Below, piece after piece: positions 33,701-43,706 of a stretch of 64,000 nt of DNA. The stretch covers positions 44,621-108,620 of the forward strand of contig DYTN01000002.1 of NCBI GenBank assembly GCA_020725925.1. Reading direction: 5' to 3'. The notes under the pieces are model-generated. The model was given only the letters and a program-made list of their open reading frames with translations, was not told the origin of the DNA and did no database searches. Source of the stretch: Methanobacteriota archaeon. GTDB lineage: Archaea > Thermoplasmatota > Thermoplasmata > UBA10834. The translations under genes and the position numbers were made by a program. Position 1 is the first letter of the stretch. Every line of letters starts with the position of its first letter.

Positions 33701-36138
33701 GGGACGAACTCGACCTTCCTCTCGCCCTTCTCTATGCTGGCCAGCACCTCCTTGGCGTGCTCGAGATCCATGACATCCGTGAGTATCTCCTGATAGGTTT
33801 CGGCCATCACGGGGAAGTCGTCGAGCTCGTGCAGCGCGTCGAGCAGCCTTCCTGACCGCAGCTGCTGCCTCGCGACCGAGAGCTCCTTGCCCTTGTAGTT
33901 CCTCAGTATCATGAAGCTGCGCGTGGCCGTGTGCCTGAACCGCTGCGAGAAAAGCTCCGACCCGCGTATGGCGCTCCTGAGGACGCGCTCCAGGTCCGAG
34001 GACCTGAGCATGACCTCGAGCTCCTCCAGCCTGAAGCTCCTGGGGGCGGTCAGCATGAAGTTGTCGTCGGTGACGGAGACGGTGACATTGCACTTCAGCC
34101 TCTCGGTCAGGACGGCTGCGTAGGCCCTGGACAGAGCATCGTTCGCGCGTCTGCCGAACGGGAAGTGGAATATCGCGCTCTTGTTGCCGGACGCATCCAC
34201 ATAGCCCTCAATCAGGAGCCTCGAGTTGGTCGGGATCTTGGCGACCGTCGCCTGCTCCTTGAAGTAGTTGATGATGGTGGTGGCGGAGCCCTCGTCGACG
34301 GCGAACTCCGACCTGAGCCACGAGGTGATTTCCCCGTCAGGCATGCTTCCCAAGCGCCGTTCCATCTCCCCTCTGAACTTGCCGACGAGGACCGATAGGT
34401 CGAAGCTCCGCGGGAGCAGCTCTCCGGTCCATGATGGCACGGTCGGCTTCCTCCCGCTGGCGCTCTTCACGAAGGCCTTGGTGACCTTCGACTTGACGAA
34501 CTCGTAGCTCCTGCCACCGAGAACGAATATGTCTCCCTGGGAGAGCCTCTCGACGAACTTCTCAGACAAGGAGCCTATAAGCGACCCGCGCTCGGAGAAG
34601 ACCTCGTAGTCCGCCTCCTCTGGGATAGTCCCCTGGTTCAGGTAGTAGATCATCCGCGAGCCACGCTTCCTCCCGAACGTGCCCTCCTTCTCGTCGTACC
34701 AGAGCTTCGAGTAGATGCCCTCGAACTCCTCCTTGCCCCCGAGGAACCTGAGCACGCTCTTCATCTGCTCCAAGGTCAGGTCCCTGTAGCAGTAGGAGCG
34801 CCTGACGAGGCCGAAGGCCTCGTCGACCTTCCACTTGCGCTCAATCGACATGCCGACCAAGAGCTGCGCGAGCACGTCCAAGGAGCACATGGGGATTGTG
34901 ACCCGGTCGATCATCTTCCTGTGGGCCGCCCGGCACAGGACCGCGCACTCGACAAGGTCGTCGTTCTCGAAGACCACTATCCGCCCCTTCGAGGTGCCGC
35001 CGTACTTGTGCCCCGCCCTGCCAATCCTCTGGAGGCCCTTCGCGACGGACTTCGGGGAGCCTATCTGCACTACCAGGTCGATGTATCCGATGTCTATTCC
35101 AAGCTCGAGCGAGGTGGACGACACCACGGACCTGAGGGACCCGTTCCTGAGGCCGCCCTCGACGTCCATGCGGGTCTCCCGGCTGAGGCTCCCGTGGTGC
35201 GTGCCTATGTTCTCGACGCCGCGCTCCTTCAGCTTGTAGACGACGCTCTCCGCGCCGCTCCTGGTGTTCGTGAAGACCAGCGTGGTCCTGTGCTGTCCGA
35301 TCATCTCCCTCAGCAGGTCGTACATCTTCGAGTTGACGACCTCGAACGACAGCGCGGTCATGTCCTTCGCCGGGCACAGCACCTCCAGGTCGAGCCCCCG
35401 CTGGCCGAACACCTCGACGATGTCGATCTCCCGGGGGATGCCGCCCTTGAGGCCCGCGAGGTACTCCGCCACCTGCTCGAGGGGCGCGACGGTGGCGGAG
35501 AGCCCTATCCTCACGAACTCCTTCAGACAGAAGCTCTGCAGACGCTCGAGCGCGACCGAGAGCGCGACGCCCCTCTTCGAATCGCAGACCTCGTGGACCT
35601 CGTCAACTATCACATAGTCGACGCTCTCGAACTTCGTGCTGAACACGGGTGTGGAGAGTACGAGCGACAGCGACTCCGGGGTCGTGATGAATATGTGGGG
35701 CGGGGACCGGGCCTGCCGCTGCCTCTCGCTGGGCAGCGTGTCGCCCGTGCGCACCGCCACCTTGACCTTCGGCGCCTCCAGGCCTTTCGATTCGAAGAGT
35801 GCCGAGATCTCCCCAAGGGGCTTCAGGAGGTTCTCGTTGATGTCGTTCGCGAGGGCCTTCAGGGGCGAGACATAGACCGCGAATATCCTGTCCTCGAGCT
35901 CCCCCTGCTCCGCGAGCAGGATCAGCTCGTTCAGTATGGACAGGAACGCCGTCAGGGTCTTTCCCGAACCCGTGGGGGAGGAAACGAGAACGCTCCGCTT
36001 GGCGTGGATGAGCGGGACTGCCATTGACTGTGCCTGGGTGACCTCTCCGAACTTCGAGCGGAACCACTCGGAGACGACTGGATGCATCGCCGAGAGGGCC
36101 TCGCCCGTGGTCCGACCGTTGCTTACCTTGTTGACCAT
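30733..36138 (-). CDS. lhr: Lhr-family SF2 helicase with long C-terminal extension
   Basis: SPTGSGKT, DEVH, GLSAT, HHGSLS, LELGIDIG, QRIGRAGH, PTVPSW; about 950 aa beyond the core. Confidence 0.92.
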   Translation of the reverse strand: MVNKVSNGRTTGEALSAMHPVVSEWFRSKFGEVTQAQSMAVPLIHAKRSVLVSSPTGSGKTLTAFLSILNELILLAEQGELEDRIFAVYVSPLKALANDINENLLKPLGEISALFESKGLEAPKVKVAVRTGDTLPSERQRQARSPPHIFITTPESLSLVLSTPVFSTKFESVDYVIVDEVHEVCDSKRGVALSVALERLQSFCLKEFVRIGLSATVAPLEQVAEYLAGLKGGIPREIDIVEVFGQRGLDLEVLCPAKDMTALSFEVVNSKMYDLLREMIGQHRTTLVFTNTRSGAESVVYKLKERGVENIGTHHGSLSRETRMDVEGGLRNGSLRSVVSSTSLELGIDIGYIDLVVQIGSPKSVAKGLQRIGRAGHKYGGTSKGRIVVFENDDLVECAVLCRAAHRKMIDRVTIPMCSLDVLAQLLVGMSIERKWKVDEAFGLVRRSYCYRDLTLEQMKSVLRFLGGKEEFEGIYSKLWYDEKEGTFGRKRGSRMIYYLNQGTIPEEADYEVFSERGSLIGSLSEKFVERLSQGDIFVLGGRSYEFVKSKVTKAFVKSASGRKPTVPSWTGELLPRSFDLSVLVGKFRGEMERRLGSMPDGEITSWLRSEFAVDEGSATTIINYFKEQATVAKIPTNSRLLIEGYVDASGNKSAIFHFPFGRRANDALSRAYAAVLTERLKCNVTVSVTDDNFMLTAPRSFRLEELEVMLRSSDLERVLRSAIRGSELFSQRFRHTATRSFMILRNYKGKELSVARQQLRSGRLLDALHELDDFPVMAETYQEILTDVMDLEHAKEVLASIEKGERKVEFVPFSSVPSPFAHNAILVGVSDIVLMEDRSMLLRELHRKVLARALGEEAIVEYQFDADSVEEYFAAKFPRIESKEDVLRAVRLVGPMNLFREKGESVFAHSSEPFDILKGWSSELLHEGGVRSVWIGEDVYVAAEDHPLYVCLHRKRVKHSEIEGGILKGLSKAGRSAHSFAEALHVEAADLRESLRRLETANEICRSDIRGDTFLFALVGQEQGSHRDCLQEAVLRHIAYHAPITVEDLAYEVGVTEPEAEEALRELVSKEAVVSGRFVVGEQQQYMLARDYLRLRSKDQAVFDRETVRAYSERKQFAKVQSIREYFEEFGEAGMIYDIFQRVDGFDMEEFGEMRRKGEILLGRFVRGRLRYVLAEDAPYYLGVYREGRLDKYEAEILHTLRKLGSGTYQQLAEATGFPPDIMRENFDTLDRKGLLLREYDEAESWSARSVYAPCEIEPETDSPFERVLRRYLRGFGPATASQAAKYLDIEPEDARALLRKIGTKSVFVGLEKTEMFLMPEELRELEHAHKADDRLHILSLYDPFLSDKWTEVTSRYGEGWIFPLVKNGRIVGMMEKWLMAGSVEIREMQLDEPEMLGQAIDSVDAIMPFYNAQGVEIDRVRRVLGTDIDQLQDDLKAPFISRGYVEANGMLVKGRLVTECFDDQDILHVVFSMQNLEESEKLRDMADALERYGGFRSNAEALVRVKKFVSLQKLQRKGEVVRGRLVPDRHGYCSMEDASLYRSARAKDLTPDEKLVMRIVADQEPVRRSRLLELSPLGREDTLVALASLYESSRVYWDEALAYVVTKRMRTSRRAAWTRIVKRLFETYGVVNAETVASILGHEIRMREIRRSLRALEDEGFLVKGFLLRGSGTLYWASRETYEALGRRRFSATVVLTPLDYVVPYLRATYRELLPETGRYAIFRGIEPIGSFLGRVVKGKLEVSDVQGEPGCEEIIAGYARTLGLALAGKEAGRVSDWEIMDFYQRTHPGVKSVRKGQA

Positions 36139-36272
36139 GCTGACTGACCGTCTATTCCGCTTCGTTATCCAGTGAGCGTATTAATACGTTTTCAGCAGGG
36201 ACCGCGAAATTCGAGGGGAGCGGCAAACGTATTTACCTGCCCGAGCCAATGGTGGGCAACAGCGGATGACTG

Positions 36273-37958
36273 ATGGCCAGACCTCTAGTTCCAGCGCTCA
36301 GGTTGCTACCACTCGCACTCGTCCTTCTGTCGCTCTCCGCCTTCGTCTTCTGCCCGCTCACAGTCTGTCCCGGGGCCGAGACGCAGAGAGCGCAGACCAT
36401 GCAGGCACCTGGCACTGGGAACGTGAATGTGACGGTCACGGACAACTCGGGAAGGCCCGTCTCCGACGCACGCGTGATGTTCAATGGCTCCGCCGCTGGC
36501 ATCACTGACAGCGACGGGACGTTGACCATCCACGATGTGATTCCGAACGAGACCGGGAGACCGTACCTCGTATGGGCGAACAGAAGCGGGTATCTGAACA
36601 GCACGGTCGAGCTGTGCATTGTCTCGGCAGACGCCACGACCAATGTGACCCTTGAGCTCGAGGGAAGCACCATCCTCGGCACCGTCACGGGTCCCTCCGG
36701 AGGGCTCGTCGGGGCTACGGTCTCCATCTTCGAGCTCGGATTGTCGGTCGTCATCACGAACGCTGACGGCAGCTACGGTTTGGTGGGAGTCAGGGGCGGT
36801 CCCAGGTCCGTGATGGCAAACGCCACGGGCTACATCCAACAGACCAAAGACGTCGTGCTTCCCGTCGGGGAGAGCCTGCTCCTCAACTTCGTCCTGAGCT
36901 CGCTGCAGGGATCGGTCTCGGGGCACGTCTATCACTCCGCCCTTCTGACGCCCCTGAACAACACCAACATATCCATCCAGATCGGTGCTACAACGCTCAC
37001 CGTTGTCAGCGACTCGGCAGGGAGCTACAACATCACCAACGTCCCTGAGGGGACCTACTCGCTCACGGCCTCCAGGGAGGGATTCTTCTCCTCCACGCTG
37101 GCGAACGTCGCGGTCACGAGGGGCAACGAGACCGAGGACGTGGACTTCTACCTGCAGGAGAGGCCAACGCGCCTATACGGGGTCGTCAGGTCGGGCACGC
37201 TCCTGCTCGCCGGCGTCAACGTGACCATCGAGGCGACGACATACTACAACATATCTGGGGCGGACGGCAGCTATGAGATACGCAACCTGACCGCTGGAGC
37301 GTACACAGTGAAGGTTGCAGTCACCGGGTATGAGACCGCCTTGGTCACAGGTGTCGTGATACCATCAGGGGGCGAGGTGCAGGTGAATATCAACCTGGTC
37401 GCCCTTCCCGGTGCGATACTCAGGGGAGTCGTCACCGCCAGTGACTCTGGCGACCCGCTGGCGAACGTGTTCATCACAATCGTGGACTCGGAGCCGAGCG
37501 TGCGCTCCACGCTCACCAACATCATGGGCGAGTTCGAGTTCACTGGGCTCTCGGCGGGGAACTACACACTCAGGTTCGAGAGGACGGGGTACAGGCCGAT
37601 GGAGGTCTCCAAGATACTGGTCCAGGAGGATGCGGTCACCAACAGGACCTTCGAGATGACCCCCCTCAGGAGGGGCTTCGAGGGGTTCATCTTCGGGTTC
37701 GACATGGCCCATTCGATGATGATCCTGGCGCTGTTCCTCACCATTGTGATCCTGGCGATGGCCGTCTACCTGCGCATAAGGACCTTCCAGGCCCCGGAGA
37801 CCGCGCCTGCCGTGTACGACCAGGCGGAGGAGGAGGCGGTCGAGGGCGGTGAGAAGAAACCTTCGGAGGAGGTTCCACCAGCCGCCGAGAGCGAGGACAG
37901 CGACAGCTCTAGCCAACAGACAAATAAGGTGAGAAGGATCCGGCAGGGTGGCACGTAG
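36273..37958 (+). CDS. Surface glycoprotein with carboxypeptidase-regulatory-like Ig repeats and C-terminal TM
   Basis: Signal peptide; about five repeats of G.V..GA.V...T..DG.Y......G.Y...A..GY; many NxS/T sequons. Confidence 0.85.
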   Translation: MARPLVPALRLLPLALVLLSLSAFVFCPLTVCPGAETQRAQTMQAPGTGNVNVTVTDNSGRPVSDARVMFNGSAAGITDSDGTLTIHDVIPNETGRPYLVWANRSGYLNSTVELCIVSADATTNVTLELEGSTILGTVTGPSGGLVGATVSIFELGLSVVITNADGSYGLVGVRGGPRSVMANATGYIQQTKDVVLPVGESLLLNFVLSSLQGSVSGHVYHSALLTPLNNTNISIQIGATTLTVVSDSAGSYNITNVPEGTYSLTASREGFFSSTLANVAVTRGNETEDVDFYLQERPTRLYGVVRSGTLLLAGVNVTIEATTYYNISGADGSYEIRNLTAGAYTVKVAVTGYETALVTGVVIPSGGEVQVNINLVALPGAILRGVVTASDSGDPLANVFITIVDSEPSVRSTLTNIMGEFEFTGLSAGNYTLRFERTGYRPMEVSKILVQEDAVTNRTFEMTPLRRGFEGFIFGFDMAHSMMILALFLTIVILAMAVYLRIRTFQAPETAPAVYDQAEEEAVEGGEKKPSEEVPPAAESEDSDSSSQQTNKVRRIRQGGT

Positions 37959-37979
37959 CCCCGCACCACGACTCGCTTC

Positions 37980-38568
37980 TCAGCTCAGCCCGAGCTTCGC
38001 CCTGGCCTTCTTCTCGTTCTCCTTGACCTTGGCATCAACGTCGGCGAACAGGCTGTTCCCGTGAGAGTCGATCGCGACGGTCAGGGGCCCGAAGTTGTCC
38101 GCGTCCAGGATCCAGATTGCTTCTGGCATGCCAAGCTCGAACCACTCGACGCCCTCGACGCTCTTGATGCCCTTGGCCGCTAGCACCAGTGATGGCCAGG
38201 TAGACGCACCCGAACTTCTTCATCGCGTCCACCGTGGGCTGTGACATGCCCCCCTTGCCGATGATCGCCCCTGGCCTGAACTTCTCGATGAACTGAGGCT
38301 CGAGCGAGTTCATCCTGGAGGAGGTCGTGGGCCCCGCAGCCACGGCGACCCACCTCTCGCCCACCTTCTTCATGATGGGCCCGCAGTGGAACAGGGCCGA
38401 GCCCTTGAACTCGACGGGCACCTTCTTCCCCTTCTCGAGGCACTCGAGGGCATGTATGTGGACCTCGTCCCTGCCAGTGTAGATGATGCCGTCCAGATAG
38501 ATCGTCTCTCCCAGCTTCAACGCGCGCACATCGCTCTCCGGCAGCGGCGTCTTCAACCTCTTGGGCAT
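37980..38568 (-). CDS. Class I fumarate hydratase/tartrate dehydratase beta subunit, frameshifted near 38185
   Basis: [29 protein letters not shown], then in another frame [24 protein letters not shown]. Confidence 0.88.
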
Positions 38569-38573
38569 CTTGG

Positions 38574-39446
38574 TCACCTCTCGTGCGTCGGATAGGATGT
38601 CTTCCCGTCCGGCCCTATCCTGACGGTCCCCCGCCTCCCGGCCCAACACTGCACGTTTATCCCGACCGGCAGGCTGGCCGTGTGGCAGAATGCGTACTCG
38701 ATGTTCAGGCCCAGACACGTGGTCTTGCCCCCGAGGCCCATGGGACCGATGCCGAGCATGTTGATCGCCTCGAGCAGCTCCGACTCGAGCTTGGCTATCT
38801 CCGGGTCCTTGTGTCTCTGGTTGATTGGCCGGAGCAGCGCCTCCTTGGCCAGCTTCATGGCGATGTCGCTGGAGCCGCCGATCCCGACGCCGAGGATCGT
38901 TGGCGGGCACGGGTTGCTCCCGGCCCTCACGACTGTGTTGAGCACGAACTCCTTGATGCCCTTCAGGCCCTGGCTGGGAGTGAGCATCGCGAGGGCGCTC
39001 ATGTTCTCCGAGCCCGCGCCCTTGGTCATCACGGTGATCTCGATGTAGTCCTTGTCGTGGACCTTCCAGTTGATGTAGGGCATCCTCTCGCCGACGTTGT
39101 CGCCGGGGTTCTTGCGGGTGATCGGGTGCACGGCGTTGGGTCTGAGAGGGACCTCCTTGGTCGCCTTTCTGACGCCCTCCACGATGCCCCTGCCCACATC
39201 GACCTTGCAGTCCTTCGGCAGCGCCGCATAGAATATCGTCACGCCCGTGTCCTGGCACATGGGCGTATTGCCCTTGATTGCCATGTCTATGTTGTCCACA
39301 ATCGTCTTGAGCTGCATCCTGGGGACCTCGTCCGTCTCCGCGGCGTATGCCTTCCTCAAGGCCTCCTCGACGTCAGTCGGGAGCTTCACGACGGTCTTCC
39401 TGAGCAGCTCGACCGTGGCATTGGCTATGTCCGCTTCGGTGACCAT
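38574..39446 (-). CDS. Class I fumarate hydratase/tartrate dehydratase alpha subunit
   Basis: PMCQDTG, KGAGSEN, NPCPP, GIGPMGLGG, HTASLPV..CWA. Confidence 0.92.
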   Translation of the reverse strand: MVTEADIANATVELLRKTVVKLPTDVEEALRKAYAAETDEVPRMQLKTIVDNIDMAIKGNTPMCQDTGVTIFYAALPKDCKVDVGRGIVEGVRKATKEVPLRPNAVHPITRKNPGDNVGERMPYINWKVHDKDYIEITVMTKGAGSENMSALAMLTPSQGLKGIKEFVLNTVVRAGSNPCPPTILGVGIGGSSDIAMKLAKEALLRPINQRHKDPEIAKLESELLEAINMLGIGPMGLGGKTTCLGLNIEYAFCHTASLPVGINVQCWAGRRGTVRIGPDGKTSYPTHER

Positions 39447-39524
39447 TTCTAACAGACCTCTCCGGCCTGGGAAAGGCTCGACGGAATTAATGCCTTTCGG
39501 GGGAACCATGCGGGAACGGGACGA

Positions 39525-40559
39525 CTACCAGCTGTCGCTCAGGACGAACGCTCCGAGCTTCGTCTTCACGAGCCTGACCTGCTCTCCCTTTCGAGAGAAT
39601 CCGGGTGGCTTTGGCACGTCCAGCGGGGCGCTCGTCTCGGGGTCGAGCACCTGCAGCTCCCGGTCCTTGTCCACGAGGACGACCGCCTTGCGGATCCCTG
39701 CCTTCGCCTCCACCAGCGCGCACTCGCCCGCGTCCCTGACCCTGATCGGGTGGTCCTCTCCGGTCCTGAGATCTATGCCGTGCACGACCCCCCGGGACAT
39801 GCCCCTCACGAAGTAAAGCTTCCCAGCGCTCTCGACTATGTCCCCCTTTGAGAACCCTGGGAGGCGCACCAGGAACGTCATCCTGTATATCTCCTGGCCC
39901 GCCCGCCTGCCCCACAGGCTAGAGGACTCCTTGTACTCGGCGCACCTGCTCTCCTGCAACTCGCGCGCGACGGACCTGGCGGATGAAATCGTGCTGAAGT
40001 AGAAGTCCAGGCCGCCCTTGACCCTCTCGGCCTTGCTCAGGAACACCTCCCTGCTGGACTTCCTCATGGACGCGACCCTCTCCCTGACGAGGCGCTCCAT
40101 GTCCGCCTCCGCCTGCCTGCCCAGAGAGCGCTCCGGCCCGCGCACCTGCAGGATGGCCTCGTAGTACTTCCCCTGCTGCTTCGAGCACTCGGTACACGAC
40201 CCGCGCTTGACCCGCACGATGGTCCCCAGCTCGCGCCTGAACTCGTGGCCTTCGACCGAGAGCAGGAGGTCGACCTTCGCCGCGAGATTCCTCTCGTCCC
40301 TCTCTGAGAGCTGCACGGAAATGTCCAGGAGCTTCGACTCCTTGGGCATGGCCAATGCGCTCTCGACCGCCAGCTCGGCCGCCTCGCGCACGGAGCCGAT
40401 GTCCTCCCAGCCCTTGGCCGTCTGCATGGCCGAGCAGTGCGCGCACAGCGTGAGGTCGACATGGTCCGGGAGAGTGGGATGCACGTGCTTCTTCGCATAG
40501 CAGACGCTGCACAGAGAGCCTATCAGCTCCTCCTCGCGCCCGCACTCGACACAGAACAC
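39525..40559 (-). CDS. nmd3: NMD3-related ribosome biogenesis protein
   Basis: FCVECG..CSVCY..CAHC..CTECS..YYEAILQVR, GGLDFY. Confidence 0.88.
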   Translation of the reverse strand: MFCVECGREEELIGSLCSVCYAKKHVHPTLPDHVDLTLCAHCSAMQTAKGWEDIGSVREAAELAVESALAMPKESKLLDISVQLSERDERNLAAKVDLLLSVEGHEFRRELGTIVRVKRGSCTECSKQQGKYYEAILQVRGPERSLGRQAEADMERLVRERVASMRKSSREVFLSKAERVKGGLDFYFSTISSARSVARELQESRCAEYKESSSLWGRRAGQEIYRMTFLVRLPGFSKGDIVESAGKLYFVRGMSRGVVHGIDLRTGEDHPIRVRDAGECALVEAKAGIRKAVVLVDKDRELQVLDPETSAPLDVPKPPGFSRKGEQVRLVKTKLGAFVLSDSW

Positions 40560-40856
40560 CTAGACCATCCTCGCCATCTGCGCGTGAGGGACCTCGCCTA
40601 TCCTGATGACGCACCCGGGGTCGATGAAGCCGCGCCTGACGGCTATCTCGAGCGTCTTCTCCCCCACGAGGTTGGCGATCGTGGCCATCTCCAGCCTGTT
40701 GACGAGCATCTCCTCGTCCGCCCTCTCGCCCCTGTAGAAACCCTCGGAAACCTGCAGCTTCAGGTCCCTGGACCTGAAGGTCTTGCCGACTATGTCCTCG
40801 TCGCACGCGGCCACCAGGACCTCGACCCCTTTCCTGTACACCTTGACTGTGATCAT
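40560..40856 (-). CDS. DUF424 family protein
   Basis: LVAACDEDIVGK..FYRGE..ANLVG..VPHAQ. Confidence 0.88.
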   Translation of the reverse strand: MITVKVYRKGVEVLVAACDEDIVGKTFRSRDLKLQVSEGFYRGERADEEMLVNRLEMATIANLVGEKTLEIAVRRGFIDPGCVIRIGEVPHAQMARMV

Positions 40857-42976
40857 CCGATGCGCTCCTCGCTCGCCAGCTTGAAGTATCCCGGCTGCGG
40901 GGAGTACACCTCACCGGCGTCGCTGAGGCGCTTGAGGAGCGCCCGCACGCGGTCCTCCGCGATGTTCTCCGAGCCCGCCTTCTGTATGAGCTCCTCGGCG
41001 CTCACGCCCCTCCTCGGGTCCGAGAGCGTCTGTATCAAGCTCCTGAGCACGTAGATCTGCTCCCTCTGGCTCCTGCTGGTGCCGGTGGCTATGAGGTCTA
41101 TGTCCCTTCTCCCGCCCTCACTGGCGACCTTGGCCAGGTAGTACTCGACGATCTTGATCGCGCGGCTGGCATCCTCCGAGTTGATTATGGGGCTGAGGCG
41201 CGCGCGTGCGCTCGCCTCCGACAGCCGGATGAGTGCCTCCAGCTGCCTGGCCGTGATGGGGACCGAGGCCTCCTCGCCCTCTCCCAGCTTCCTGATGGAG
41301 ATGTAGTACCCCTCGAGCGTGCGCGTGGCCTCGTCGCTGAGGATGGGCGTGATGCGCTTGCTGTACGCGACGTACTTCCTCAGGAACTCCCGGTCCATCG
41401 CCGGGACAAGGCCCGTGCTGTCCCGGAGTATCTCGGCCGTGTCCACGGCCGTGATCTGCTCGGGCGCCTCGTGGAGCTTCACCTCTCCCCGCCTGTGCGC
41501 CTTGAGTATGTGCGCCGCGACGTTCCTGTCCTGCTCTGCATCCGGCCTGTCCGTCATGGTGAATATGGCGTCGAACCTGGACAGGAGCGCGGGCGGGAGG
41601 TCGATCTGCTCCGCGATGTTCCTGCTCTCGTCGAACCTGCCGTACTTCGGGTTCGCGGCCCCGAGCACGGCGCACCTCGACTGGAGCGTGGCCGTGATGC
41701 CGGCCTTCGCGACTGATATCGTGCCCTGCTCGAGGCTCTCGTGTATGCTCGACCTGTCCTGGTCGTTCATCTTGTCCAGCTCGTCTATGCATGCCAGACC
41801 CTTGTCCGCGAGCACGAGCGCGCCCGCCTCGAGGGTCCATCTGCCCTCGCCGAACTCGTCCTTGACTGCCGCTGCGGTGAGCCCGGCGGCGGAGGACGAC
41901 TTCCCGGAGGTGTAGATGCCTCTGGGGGCGAGCTGCGACATGTAGCGGAGTATCTGGGACTTGGCCGTGCCAGGGTCGCCGATCAGAGCTATGTGTATGT
42001 CCCCCCGGATGCGCGTGCCGTCGTCCATGACCTTGCCCACGCCCCCGAAGAGCTGCAGCGCGAGGGCCTCCTTCTCCTGGTCGTACCCGTAGATGGTCGG
42101 GGAGATGGACGCGATTACCTTGTCGAAGGCGTCCGGGCTTCCTGCGAACTCGCGGATCCTGACCTCGTCCTCCGGGGTGATGAGCACCTCCTCGTACTCC
42201 TTCTCCTCGTACTCGATCGAGTTGAGGTCCAGCTGGATCTCGAAGAGCGTGGACTTGACCTGCCCGCCCTTCTGCGTGCTCCTCAGGATCCCGTTCAGTA
42301 TGACCCTGTCGCCCGGGGAGATGCGCCCGGAGAGATCGTCCTCGATGTAGCCTACTAGGCGCTCAGGCTGCGCCCCGCCCCTTAGGCCCTCCGGGGGCTC
42401 CTGGATCTCTATCTTCTGTGTGTCCACGAACCTGGACGGGTCCGTGAGAAGCCTGAACTTGGTCGAGCCCGTGCCCCTGCCGCACCCGCCCTCCTCCTTC
42501 GAGCACTCGAGAGGCTCATGGAACAGCATCCCCTCCTGCTCCACCGTGATCCTGTGCCCGCACCTGGCGCACTCGAACTCTGCCACGGTGACCCTCGGCC
42601 TGACCTCGGTCGCCTTCCGGACGAGCCCCTCGATGGACACGAAATTCCCGAGGTGCTTCGCCCTCAGCTTCCGTATCTCTATGCGGGAGTCCCGCGGAAG
42701 GTCCTTGATCCTGAAGTGGACGAACGGGTTCGTCAGGGCGTGAGAGACCATGCGCCTCAGGGCCTCTTCTGCAGAGCGGATCGACTGCGTCGGGTTGACG
42801 AGGATGTAGTTCGCGAGGTCGGGGTCGAACTTCTCGACGGCAGAGAAGTCGATGTAGATGCTCCTGACATCCGGGTACAGGTCAGCTATCGCTGATACAT
42901 GGTGCCTGTGCTCCTGCCCTCCCAGGAACTCTTCCCAGATGGCGACGAGGTCCTCGGGAGTATACTCCTTGGGCGT
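40853..42976 (-). CDS. mcm: MCM replicative helicase; frame extends 75 codons above the first ATG to an ACG
   Basis: CARC..C..C zinc finger, GDPGTAKSQ, IDELDKM, SRFD, TARQLE; upstream in-frame KEYTPEDL..LYPDVRSIYIDF resembles the MCM A-subdomain. Confidence 0.95.
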   Translation of the reverse strand, partial: TPKEYTPEDLVAIWEEFLGGQEHRHHVSAIADLYPDVRSIYIDFSAVEKFDPDLANYILVNPTQSIRSAEEALRRMVSHALTNPFVHFRIKDLPRDSRIEIRKLRAKHLGNFVSIEGLVRKATEVRPRVTVAEFECARCGHRITVEQEGMLFHEPLECSKEEGGCGRGTGSTKFRLLTDPSRFVDTQKIEIQEPPEGLRGGAQPERLVGYIEDDLSGRISPGDRVILNGILRSTQKGGQVKSTLFEIQLDLNSIEYEEKEYEEVLITPEDEVRIREFAGSPDAFDKVIASISPTIYGYDQEKEALALQLFGGVGKVMDDGTRIRGDIHIALIGDPGTAKSQILRYMSQLAPRGIYTSGKSSSAAGLTAAAVKDEFGEGRWTLEAGALVLADKGLACIDELDKMNDQDRSSIHESLEQGTISVAKAGITATLQSRCAVLGAANPKYGRFDESRNIAEQIDLPPALLSRFDAIFTMTDRPDAEQDRNVAAHILKAHRRGEVKLHEAPEQITAVDTAEILRDSTGLVPAMDREFLRKYVAYSKRITPILSDEATRTLEGYYISIRKLGEGEEASVPITARQLEALIRLSEASARARLSPIINSEDASRAIKIVEYYLAKVASEGGRRDIDLIATGTSRSQREQIYVLRSLIQTLSDPRRGVSAEELIQKAGSENIAEDRVRALLKRLSDAGEVYSPQPGYFKLASEERIG

Positions 42977-43067
42977 TCAGCTCCCCCCACAGTTCAGTGT
43001 CGATGCCCCTGCCCTTCCCTGACGACTTGGCAAAAGGGGAAGAGGAATCGACAATGTGATACTAAAG

Positions 43068-43610
43068 CTACGTGGTCCGTTCATCTTTGCTCCTTTGGAC
43101 TGCACGTAGCATTCGCTGCTGCGCAGCGACGACCTCGGCGCTCGTCTCGACAGAAGCGTACTCTTCGAGCCTCTCCCTGTTCATCGATATGAAAGTCGGC
43201 CCCCACTTGAACCTGCTCATCAGATGCTCCGCCCGCTGCTTCTCGCCCAGGATGTAGAGCGATGCTGCGAGCGCCTCGGCGCTCGAGAGCTTCTGGGCCT
43301 TGCCGAAGTTCGTGGGGTTCGCGGCCACAAGGAACGGCAGCGCCCTGTGCCTGAGCCCTGCCCTCACCCTCGGGAACCTGTCGAGCTTGTTCCACGAGCA
43401 GTCGAGCACGAGCAGGCCCGCTCGGACGGACGCCCCGAGGTCCTCCCTGGACAACGCCTTCTCCGCCTCAGGGTCGAGCACCACGGCTCCCCTGGGTATC
43501 CTGGGGGCCTTCACCTCATGCAGGTCGCCGAGCCTCACGAGCTTCGCCGCTGTGCACTTCTTCGGGTCGTCCTCGCGCTCCATCAGGGCTAGGAGCCTAA
43601 CGTCAGCCAT
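43068..43610 (-). CDS. tsr3: 16S rRNA aminocarboxypropyltransferase Tsr3
   Basis: DDPKKCTAAKL, LDCSWN, RALPFLVAANPTNFG, LSSAEALAA, FKWGPTF. Confidence 0.92.
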   Translation of the reverse strand: MADVRLLALMEREDDPKKCTAAKLVRLGDLHEVKAPRIPRGAVVLDPEAEKALSREDLGASVRAGLLVLDCSWNKLDRFPRVRAGLRHRALPFLVAANPTNFGKAQKLSSAEALAASLYILGEKQRAEHLMSRFKWGPTFISMNRERLEEYASVETSAEVVAAQQRMLRAVQRSKDERTT

Positions 43611-43706
43611 CGCTATGACAAGTACAGGCGGCAGTATAAAGGCGTGGCTGGGGGCACAGCGAATCTGGCCCGATGGTTCTTAAGGGCGGGAGTGCGATAC
43701 GCTCCC

